64,000 bases of DNA from a bacterium (lineage in GTDB: Bacteria; Zhuqueibacterota; Zhuqueibacteria; Residuimicrobiales; Krinioviventaceae), in the NCBI GenBank assembly GCA_963675755.2, contig CAXXMD010000003.1, positions 3,552,001 through 3,616,000 on the forward strand, written 5' to 3'. The translations under genes and the position numbers were made by a program. Below the pieces are notes generated by a model. It saw only the letters and a program-made list of their open reading frames with translations, did no database searches and was not told the DNA's origin. Below are positions 20,958 to 28,270 of this stretch, one piece after another; the stretch's first letter is position 1; every line of letters begins with the position of its first letter.

Positions 20958-21656
20958 CTATATCTTTAAACGTTTCAAAGCTGATTCAATCTGGTTCAAA
21001 AGTTGTGTATCAGTATTTTCGCAAGCCTGGCATTGTTCAAGAGCAGCCTGATAGGCATCAATAGCCTGACCAGGTTCATTCAATTCTTCAAATGTCAAAG
21101 CCAGATAGTAATCTATCTTTCCACAATCAATAGTGGTCTGGGATTTACCTTGTATTTTTTTCAATTTGACGACTGTATTGGTATAAAATTGTTGATTATA
21201 CAAGGCCAAAGCACCATTGAATTCCTGATTTAAGGATTGAGTATTTTCCTGTAAATCTGTATTGTTTGTTGTTGATTTCATTTCACCATGAACTACACTG
21301 ACGTTGCCCACCCGTAATTTTGCTTTATCTTCTCTGGGTGCAATTTTGTCGACTTTGGATGACATGAGATAGAGAAACATCTCCCGTTTGGTAATACGCC
21401 TCAAGTCACCAATGTCAAGTATGGAATTACTTCCCAGGTGAAAGATGGTACCATCGTTCATTTCAAGGTCTGCATTACCCTCAAGCGTGAGGATCGTATC
21501 GATAACTTTTAATGTCATACCATTGGCAGCTTTTGTCCAGTTTTCATCAAGCCCACGTCGGACCCTGACATCTCCATCAACTTTGCTGATGATAACATCT
21601 GCAAGCGTAAATTGGGTTAATAATAAAATCAACAATATGCCGAATGTTTTTTTCAT
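20958..21656 (-). CDS. periplasmic FecR-like beta domain plus TPR protein
   Basis: Signal peptide; ISKVDGDVRVRR..W..A..GMTL...DTILT..NADLEMNDGTIFHLGSNS FecR-like pattern; C-terminal TPR (YYLALTFEELNEPGQAIDAYQAAL). Confidence 0.7.
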   Translation of the reverse strand: MKKTFGILLILLLTQFTLADVIISKVDGDVRVRRGLDENWTKAANGMTLKVIDTILTLEGNADLEMNDGTIFHLGSNSILDIGDLRRITKREMFLYLMSSKVDKIAPREDKAKLRVGNVSVVHGEMKSTTNNTDLQENTQSLNQEFNGALALYNQQFYTNTVVKLKKIQGKSQTTIDCGKIDYYLALTFEELNEPGQAIDAYQAALEQCQACENTDTQLLNQIESALKRLKI

Positions 21657-21670
21657 AATGTGCCTCAATA

Positions 21671-23326
21671 TTAATATTGGTCAATAATCTTGACCCATTG
21701 TTCCGCTATTCCGTTTCTCAATATACCTTCTTCCAGGTATATTGAGGCGCCGGTTTTCCAGGCTTCTTCAAAGCCTTTTGAAATCAGGGTGGTTTCTACC
21801 GGGACCCACACCTGTTGTATTCCGGACGGGTCCTCGCGGACAATATAACGTTTTTCATTTGTACTGATCAGCTGGCTCTGAGACGCATCGAGTCCGCTGT
21901 TGAAAAGCAGATAAAGATGCGCAATGTTTTTTTCGGGATCACGGACTTCAACAAACGCGGTTTTGATTCCCACACTTTCCAGCAATGAACTATACAGTAC
22001 TACCAGATCGTCGCAATCACCATGACCCAATTCCAGGGTTTCCTGAGCAAACTGAACCCGGTCATCCTGATAAAATACAATGTTGGGATCAGAAAGATAG
22101 CGGATATTTCTGGAATTCAACTCTTGAAATATAGCACGAGCAATTTCAAAATTACGGTTTGTTGTGTTTTCATCTGCCTGAACAGATGCGGCTATGGATC
22201 TGGCCAATTCAAGTATTTGCGGGTCTTCGGGACTCAGGTAATAACCCAACTTTTCCATGTCTCCGCTCCAGGCATTGCGGGTGTGAATAACAATTTCCTG
22301 ACTCAGATTTTGTTTGTATGTAACTGCTGCACGCGCTTCAATGTCCAGATCAATGATTGCCGTTTTGCTCTGGGATATATCCAGATACCGTGGACCGAAA
22401 AAGGCGGTCACGGGTATGTTGCGGGTTTCACCGCCCTCTAATTTTACAAATCCGCTGTCTTTGGGGCGTTCGGAATATCCTTGAACGGTACAGCGTACAT
22501 TGACTTCTACTTCCTGTCCCAACATGTTTTTAACTGTGACCATAGCAATGGGATATGTAGAATAAAACTGATAATATGCCGGATAAATGTCAGAAACTAG
22601 TAATTGTGTTCCCAGTACTTTGATCGCTTCGCGTTTTTGTCCCCACATGAATGAGAAACCCATTGTAAACTGCATGCCGTTATAGTCGTATTCTGATTCC
22701 ATATCTACAAAATGGTAACGGGTATCAAAATTGAGCGCAAACCAGCTTGCCAGTACAATATTGGTGCCCACACCTAAATACGCTCCAAAATCCTGCTTGT
22801 TGGTTACAGTAGTTTCTGAATTGTCAAAACTATTTACATCCAGATCAAGATTTGTTCCATCAACAGAAGTATCAATAATAGAATTGTCTGCTGATTTTGT
22901 GTCTACATTGGTCAACCAATAGGGTCCTACACCGGCAGTTACATAGGGATGAAAAGCACCGGAAACCCGATTCGATAAAAAGTCGTAACGTAAGCCAATG
23001 AGAAAGGGGATGATTGTTTCTACTTTAACATCATCCTGAACACCTCTGTCCTTGATGTCAACATTTGAAGTACCACCAATGCTCATTTCAAAGAACACAT
23101 TGTCATATGCGCGTGAAAAAAAGTACATGTTGCCACCGGCTCCAATCACCTTGACATCTGCATTTGTACCTGAAGAAGATACCTGAAGGTTACCGGTTTT
23201 GCTGTCTACATCCCAGAATCCGCCTCTAAAGCCAATCCCGGATGATCTGACCATTCCCTGCGCAAACATGTGTGTTGCTCCAATTAACATGATTATCAAG
23301 ATACGTTGTGTTATTTTCTTCCTCAT
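21671..23326 (-). CDS. outer-membrane beta-barrel fused to a transglutaminase-like cysteine domain
   Basis: N-terminal small barrel (PYVTAGVG, LNFDTRYHF, FSFMW), then YLSDP..DRVQFAQETL..GDCDD..AHLY..WVPVETT. Confidence 0.75.
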   Translation of the reverse strand: MRKKITQRILIIMLIGATHMFAQGMVRSSGIGFRGGFWDVDSKTGNLQVSSSGTNADVKVIGAGGNMYFFSRAYDNVFFEMSIGGTSNVDIKDRGVQDDVKVETIIPFLIGLRYDFLSNRVSGAFHPYVTAGVGPYWLTNVDTKSADNSIIDTSVDGTNLDLDVNSFDNSETTVTNKQDFGAYLGVGTNIVLASWFALNFDTRYHFVDMESEYDYNGMQFTMGFSFMWGQKREAIKVLGTQLLVSDIYPAYYQFYSTYPIAMVTVKNMLGQEVEVNVRCTVQGYSERPKDSGFVKLEGGETRNIPVTAFFGPRYLDISQSKTAIIDLDIEARAAVTYKQNLSQEIVIHTRNAWSGDMEKLGYYLSPEDPQILELARSIAASVQADENTTNRNFEIARAIFQELNSRNIRYLSDPNIVFYQDDRVQFAQETLELGHGDCDDLVVLYSSLLESVGIKTAFVEVRDPEKNIAHLYLLFNSGLDASQSQLISTNEKRYIVREDPSGIQQVWVPVETTLISKGFEEAWKTGASIYLEEGILRNGIAEQWVKIIDQY

Positions 23327-23339
23327 TCCCGTTCCTGTA

Positions 23340-24005
23340 TTATTTGATTATGGGTGTGAATTCTCCCCAATAAAAATTGATACCCAAACCGTAATCCCAA
23401 CCGCTATATTTGTGCATAGGATTAAAGTTGATAAAGTGATAACGAATGTCAAAGTTGAGACCAAACCAGTTTGAGAACATGAAATTCATACCTGCACCCG
23501 TATAACCGCCACCGCGTAACCTTGTTTTGATATTTACTTTTTCATCGTCTGTAAAATCGCGGTTTTGAACATTAATGTCACTGAGCCAATATGGGCCCAT
23601 ACCCACAGACAGATACGGTTTAATTGCGGTTATGTTTCTAAATGGGAACAACTCGTAATGTAATCCCAATAACGCACCGGATACGGCTTCTGCTTTAACA
23701 TCTTCACCAAAAAAATCAATGGACTGTGTTTCCGCTTTACCCATACTGCCCAGGCTGAATTCAAGCATCATATTGGGAGCCACGCGTGTATAAAAAGACA
23801 TCCATCCGCCTGCACCTTCAATATCAACATAGGTTTGATGATAATAATCTTCAACAATGATCTGTGATTCAGTATCATTACCCGTCCAATATGAACCGCG
23901 AAAACCAATGCCGGTTGATCGTTGATATGTTTCTGAATAAGCCATGGATACAATTCCCAATACCGCGATTGAAATTAAAGTGATAATTGAAATGATACGT
24001 AACAT
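23340..24005 (-). CDS. outer-membrane beta-barrel protein (small OmpA/OmpW-like barrel)
   Basis: Signal peptide; PYLSVGMG, LNFDIRYHF and GLGINFYW strands; AAGGAG before ATG 24005; paralogous to the barrel of the next gene. Confidence 0.75.
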   Translation of the reverse strand: MLRIISIITLISIAVLGIVSMAYSETYQRSTGIGFRGSYWTGNDTESQIIVEDYYHQTYVDIEGAGGWMSFYTRVAPNMMLEFSLGSMGKAETQSIDFFGEDVKAEAVSGALLGLHYELFPFRNITAIKPYLSVGMGPYWLSDINVQNRDFTDDEKVNIKTRLRGGGYTGAGMNFMFSNWFGLNFDIRYHFINFNPMHKYSGWDYGLGINFYWGEFTPIIK

Positions 24006-24051
24006 GATGATCTCCTTGTTGTTACAGGTTTTGTTTTTCACATCATGTCAG

Positions 24052-24066
24052 GCAACATCGGTGCCA
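24052..24066 (-). promoter_or_regulatory. sigma54 (-24/-12) promoter
   Basis: Minus strand reads TGGCAC-CGATG-TTGC, an exact match to TGGCAC-N5-TTGC, about 47 bp upstream of ATG 24005. Confidence 0.85.
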
Positions 24067-24127
24067 AATATTTTATCGCTCTTAACTGCTGTTATATTAT
24101 GGGTTTACGTTTTATGTGTCAAGTTGC

Positions 24128-24174
24128 GTCAAATGCGGGAATATTGATAAATGCGGGATTTTCCAGCATTTGAC
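24128..24174. promoter_or_regulatory. putative upstream activator sequences for the sigma54 promoter
   Basis: AAATGCGGGA twice (24131, 24149), enclosed by the inverted repeat GTCAAATGC...GCATTTGAC, 60-110 bp upstream of the -24 box. Confidence 0.55.
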
Positions 24175-26730
24175 TCAATAATTATCCTTGTTTTGAAAAT
24201 ATGTTAATATTTTTTCAGCATAATGATGATATTTTTGTGGTAATCCCTTGAATTGCGGCATCTTTTTTATATCGTCAGGAGTATTTTCGGCAGGGATATC
24301 CAGACTGTTTATATAATCGGATAATTTGGATCTAACTTTGGACACTGCATCTTCCGGTAATGCATAGGCGATTGTGTATGCGGCTTTGTTTATGTCAAAA
24401 TCAGCATTTACAAAATGTTCAAAACAGATACCGCGATAATAATCGGTAATGGTACCCCGATCTTTGTTCATCAGGTTGGCGGTTTTACTGATTACTGAAT
24501 GAGAAAACTGCAATGCACGCAGAGATTCAAGCACCTGGTCTTCAAAGGTAACAAATGTACCGGCAGGATCATTTTGAACAGATTGCTGAACTTCCTGGGG
24601 CAGATCATTACTTTGTATGATTTGCCGATTGTCACTTTGGGCCATAATGGCTGCACGGCGAACCAGATTTTCCAACTCGCGTACATTTCCGGGAAATATA
24701 TAGTTTTGCAGTTGATTCATGGCTTGCTCTGAAAATCCGGTTATGGATTGATAGCCATGTTTATCTATAAAATGCTGAACCAATAGGGGGATATCCTGTC
24801 GACGTTCCCGCAAGGGGGGAAGCTGAACGGGAAATCCATTGAGCCGATAGTACAGATCCATACGAAATCGGTCCTGTTCTATCTCTTTTTCAATATCTTT
24901 ACTGGATGCGGCTATGACCCGAACATCTGTTTTGAGGGTCTTTTCACTACCCAAACGTTCAAATGTACCTTCCTGCAATACCCGCAACAGCTTGGCCTGA
25001 AACGCCGGAGACGTTTCAGTGATCTCGTCCAGAAAAAGCGTACCCTTGTCCGCCAGTTCAAACCGGCCTTTGCGTTGTGATTGGGCCCCGGTAAAGCTGC
25101 CTTTTTCATGCCCAAACAATTCGCTCTCTAACAACGTATCCGGCAGGGCGCTGCAGTTAACCGCTACAAAAGACATGGATTTACGTGGACCGCTGTTATG
25201 GATGGCCTTTGCAACGAGCTCTTTACCGCTACCGGTCTCGCCCTTGATAAAAACGGGGATATCATCGGAACCAACCTTTTGCACCAGCTCGAGCACTTTT
25301 TGCATGGGACTGCCATTGGCATGGATGATATTTGCAAATCCGGTTGTGGCGGGTGCGGATTGTGGGCTATCGTATGTTTGCAGGTCACGAATTTGAGATT
25401 CCAGTTTTTGGATCTCCTGCTGCATAGAGGTGGTTATATTATCACTCTTGTTTTGTTCTTTTTCAAACTGTGCCTTTGCATCCTGCAATGCTTGTTCTTT
25501 GTTCAAGATTTGCTGCTGTAACAGATCGTGATGGGAGGTAAGGTGTTGTTCTTTACGGATTATTTTGAGCGATACTATGAATATGGCAGAAACTGTCCAG
25601 AGTGCCAGTGGTACCATCCAGGGGAATACGATTTGTAATGCTGAAAAAAGAATAAAGGATATGGATACTATTACAATTATACCGGCAATGATGATATAGA
25701 TAAACGATTTAATTGGTTTGTGATATAATATCATTAACAGTGCGGCTATCATAAAAATGATTAATGCCTGTGCCCACAAGGGTGCAATGCGAATAAACCG
25801 TTTTGATATGATGTTTTCTGCAACGGTCAGATGTACCAGTGAAGCCGGCAGAGCATTCGACAGGGGAGTAACTTTTAGCGGTGCATGACCGGGTGACGTA
25901 ACCGTGATCAGCACCAGCTTGTCCTTAACATCCAGCGAGTCAGGATTTTCCTGATACTGCTGCAATAGATCCACAAAGCTGATGGCGTTAAGGTTTTCAA
26001 TACTGCCAAAATGATCGGGACGAAATTCTCCCGATGGCCCGATTGGAATGCGGATTACTTTTCCCGAATCCGATTTGAATTCAATGTATTTCTGTTTCAG
26101 TAAAAAGTTGTTTGTGGAAACATTCAAATACAAACGCGCCATTTCGAGTCCAAAGGAATAAACCGGTTTTTTGTTCTGGTATGCAACTAATGGCACTTGA
26201 CGTGTTTCTGCATCACTGCCCATGTTACTGAATCCTGTGGCCTTGCAATTCTCTTTAAAAATATCAATGGGATAGCGTGGTTCCTGACCTGTATATGGAT
26301 GTGAAAAGGGTGCGTTTACAAAGGTGTTTTGTTCAAGATCAGTAAACGCCATGGGCAGGCAAACCCGGTCGGCGGACTGGATAAAATCCGCAAAGGCCTC
26401 GTCAAATTCGGGATAGCGGGTATCATGAGTATCAAAAAGCAGATCAAAGGCAATGACTTTAGCGCCGGCATTCTGCAGGATATGTGTCAGGTAACCGTAA
26501 TAGTCACGGGTAATGGGCCAACCGTGCAGGGATTCGATATCATTCTGATCTATAAAAACCACCAGCAGATCTTCACTGACCTGGCGATCTCCCCGCAGTT
26601 TCATCCATTGAGTAATAGCGGTATCCGTTGAATATTCAGCAAGAGGAGTAAATAACAGAACCAATCCCATAATAGAAATAGCAATGATAGCTGTTTGAAT
26701 AAAGTTGTTATTAAGCGATATGATTTTCAT
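24175..26730 (-). CDS. membrane-bound CHASE2-domain sigma54-dependent transcriptional activator
   Basis: CHASE2 (VFIDQ..WPITR..GAKVIAFDLLF..KDKLVLI), three TM helices, coiled coil, AAA+ domain (GETGSGKE, ESELFGHEKGSFTGA, LFLDEI, FRMDLYYRL, PGNVREL), HTH-like tail; no receiver or kinase domain. Confidence 0.9.
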   Translation of the reverse strand: MKIISLNNNFIQTAIIAISIMGLVLLFTPLAEYSTDTAITQWMKLRGDRQVSEDLLVVFIDQNDIESLHGWPITRDYYGYLTHILQNAGAKVIAFDLLFDTHDTRYPEFDEAFADFIQSADRVCLPMAFTDLEQNTFVNAPFSHPYTGQEPRYPIDIFKENCKATGFSNMGSDAETRQVPLVAYQNKKPVYSFGLEMARLYLNVSTNNFLLKQKYIEFKSDSGKVIRIPIGPSGEFRPDHFGSIENLNAISFVDLLQQYQENPDSLDVKDKLVLITVTSPGHAPLKVTPLSNALPASLVHLTVAENIISKRFIRIAPLWAQALIIFMIAALLMILYHKPIKSFIYIIIAGIIVIVSISFILFSALQIVFPWMVPLALWTVSAIFIVSLKIIRKEQHLTSHHDLLQQQILNKEQALQDAKAQFEKEQNKSDNITTSMQQEIQKLESQIRDLQTYDSPQSAPATTGFANIIHANGSPMQKVLELVQKVGSDDIPVFIKGETGSGKELVAKAIHNSGPRKSMSFVAVNCSALPDTLLESELFGHEKGSFTGAQSQRKGRFELADKGTLFLDEITETSPAFQAKLLRVLQEGTFERLGSEKTLKTDVRVIAASSKDIEKEIEQDRFRMDLYYRLNGFPVQLPPLRERRQDIPLLVQHFIDKHGYQSITGFSEQAMNQLQNYIFPGNVRELENLVRRAAIMAQSDNRQIIQSNDLPQEVQQSVQNDPAGTFVTFEDQVLESLRALQFSHSVISKTANLMNKDRGTITDYYRGICFEHFVNADFDINKAAYTIAYALPEDAVSKVRSKLSDYINSLDIPAENTPDDIKKMPQFKGLPQKYHHYAEKILTYFQNKDNY

Positions 26731-26945
26731 GAATTGGCCCTGTTTATATATTGAAAAGGGTATACGTTACCAATAAATAAACGTTTCAACTAAAAAAGTA
26801 CGTATAATTGATGATGAAATCAAATATTTTTGATGTTCGCTTTTGCTACGTTATTAATAGTACGGCAAGAGACTTTTATTGCATCTGGCGTCAGGATTTT
26901 CTACATTTGTTAAATCATTTTAATCATTACGAGTTTTATAAAAAT

Positions 26946-28004
26946 ATGGAAAAACGGATGCAGTCCTTTTGGGACAAACTGGATGTGGGTATTGGAAAAG
27001 AAGTAGCAATAAGCAGAGTTTTACGGACATTAACCTGGAAGCGGTTGTGGAACGCACTCAAGATAGTAACCTCGTTTTTGCTCTCTGCTATACTGAAAAA
27101 GAACATTGTTTGGGGTGTACCGCCAATTGTCAATATTGAACCGACCAATATATGTAATTTAAAGTGCCCCTTGTGCGTTACCGGATGTGGAGACATGGAG
27201 CGTCCCCGCGGTATGATGGATTTTGAAACGTTTCGCAAGGTTGTGGATGAGGTGGCGGACAAGATCATGTATATAACCCTCTATTCACAGGGTGAACCGT
27301 ATTTGAACAAAGAGTTTAACCGGTTTGTGCGATATGCAAAAGACCGGGGGGTATATGTCAATACCAGTACCAACGCACATTATTTTGATAAACAAATGGC
27401 TGTTTCGACTGTGATGAGCGGACTGGACAGTATGATTATCTCGCTTGACGGTGCAACACAAGAGAGTTACGCGCATTACCGTCGTAATGGAGACCTGGAG
27501 ACAGTCAAACAGGGAATCCGCAATTTGGTTGATGCAAAAAAGCGGTTAAAGAGCAAAACGCCGTACCTGTTTGCACAGTTTTTGGTGATGAAACATAACG
27601 AACATGAAATTGACGAGATGAAAAAACTGGCAAAAGAGTTGGAGGTGGACCGGCTCCTCATTAAAACCACGCAGGTGATGACACTGGAAGAAGCGCGTGA
27701 ATGGTTGCCGGAAAATGATAAATATCGTCGTTACGATGTTACCGAAGAGGGATTCAGCGTCAAGAAGGGCAAAGGCGCTTGTCCCAGACCGTGGCTGACC
27801 ACGCTGGTGGACTGGGATGGCCTGGTGGTGCCGTGCTGTTTTGACAAGAACGGTGACCACGCTACCGGTATGATTGGGGAACAGGGGATAGTAGAGATCT
27901 GGGGTAATGGCAAGTACCGGGGATTCCGCACACGGCTGCTGCGCAATCGTGACTCGATCGAGATGTGCCGCAACTGTAATTTTGGTATCGGGATTTTTAA
28001 ATAA
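26946..28004 (+). CDS. radical SAM protein with SPASM/Twitch-type C-terminal domain
   Basis: CNLKCPLC, GEP, ISLDG; CPRPW..VPCC..CRNC; start 26946 or 26958 is more plausible than 26808. Confidence 0.85.
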   Translation: MEKRMQSFWDKLDVGIGKEVAISRVLRTLTWKRLWNALKIVTSFLLSAILKKNIVWGVPPIVNIEPTNICNLKCPLCVTGCGDMERPRGMMDFETFRKVVDEVADKIMYITLYSQGEPYLNKEFNRFVRYAKDRGVYVNTSTNAHYFDKQMAVSTVMSGLDSMIISLDGATQESYAHYRRNGDLETVKQGIRNLVDAKKRLKSKTPYLFAQFLVMKHNEHEIDEMKKLAKELEVDRLLIKTTQVMTLEEAREWLPENDKYRRYDVTEEGFSVKKGKGACPRPWLTTLVDWDGLVVPCCFDKNGDHATGMIGEQGIVEIWGNGKYRGFRTRLLRNRDSIEMCRNCNFGIGIFK

Positions 28005-28012
28005 TATAATAG

Positions 28013-28126
28013 AACACGGATAACACGGATTTACACTTTTAGATATTGTTAATTATTGTAGGGAACGGTCTCTGACCGTTCCCTACATATTTAATTAACC
28101 ACAGATTCACACGGATAAACACAGAT
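28013..28126 (+). repeat. short periodic CAC[AG]GAT repeats (two clusters)
   Basis: AACACGGAT-AACACGGAT-TTACAC (28013-28036) and AACCACAGAT-TCACACGGAT-AAACACAGAT (28097-28126). Confidence 0.7.
28057..28087. repeat. GTAG-type REP-like perfect palindrome
   Basis: TGTAGGGAACGGTC-TCT-GACCGTTCCCTACA, 14-bp stem; a second copy lies at 34136. Confidence 0.8.
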
Positions 28127-28139
28127 AAAAAAATACACT

Positions 28140-28227
28140 GCTATGAAATATTTGCATAGCCCGTTTATTGATTTACTGTACAAGTTCAATAATAACAATG
28201 TATTGTCATGCTGGCACGTAATTTGAA
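28140..28227 (+). promoter_or_regulatory. putative sigma54 promoter (28212-28227) with upstream palindromic activator site (28140-28160)
   Basis: TGGCAC-GTAAT-TTGAA (one mismatch at -12) about 44 bp before ATG 28271; GCTATG-AAATATTTG-CATAGC palindrome about 50-70 bp upstream. Confidence 0.55.
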
Positions 28228-28270
28228 TGAAAGTTACCATACCTAAGGGATAAATTAATTAGAGGAAAAA

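Noticed and set aside
26946-28004. Radical SAM/SPASM enzyme as a RiPP maturase
   Set aside because: No plausible precursor peptide, RRE domain or transporter nearby
28013-28126. Possible mini-CRISPR array
   Set aside because: Units are 9-11 nt with no unique spacers, and no cas genes are present
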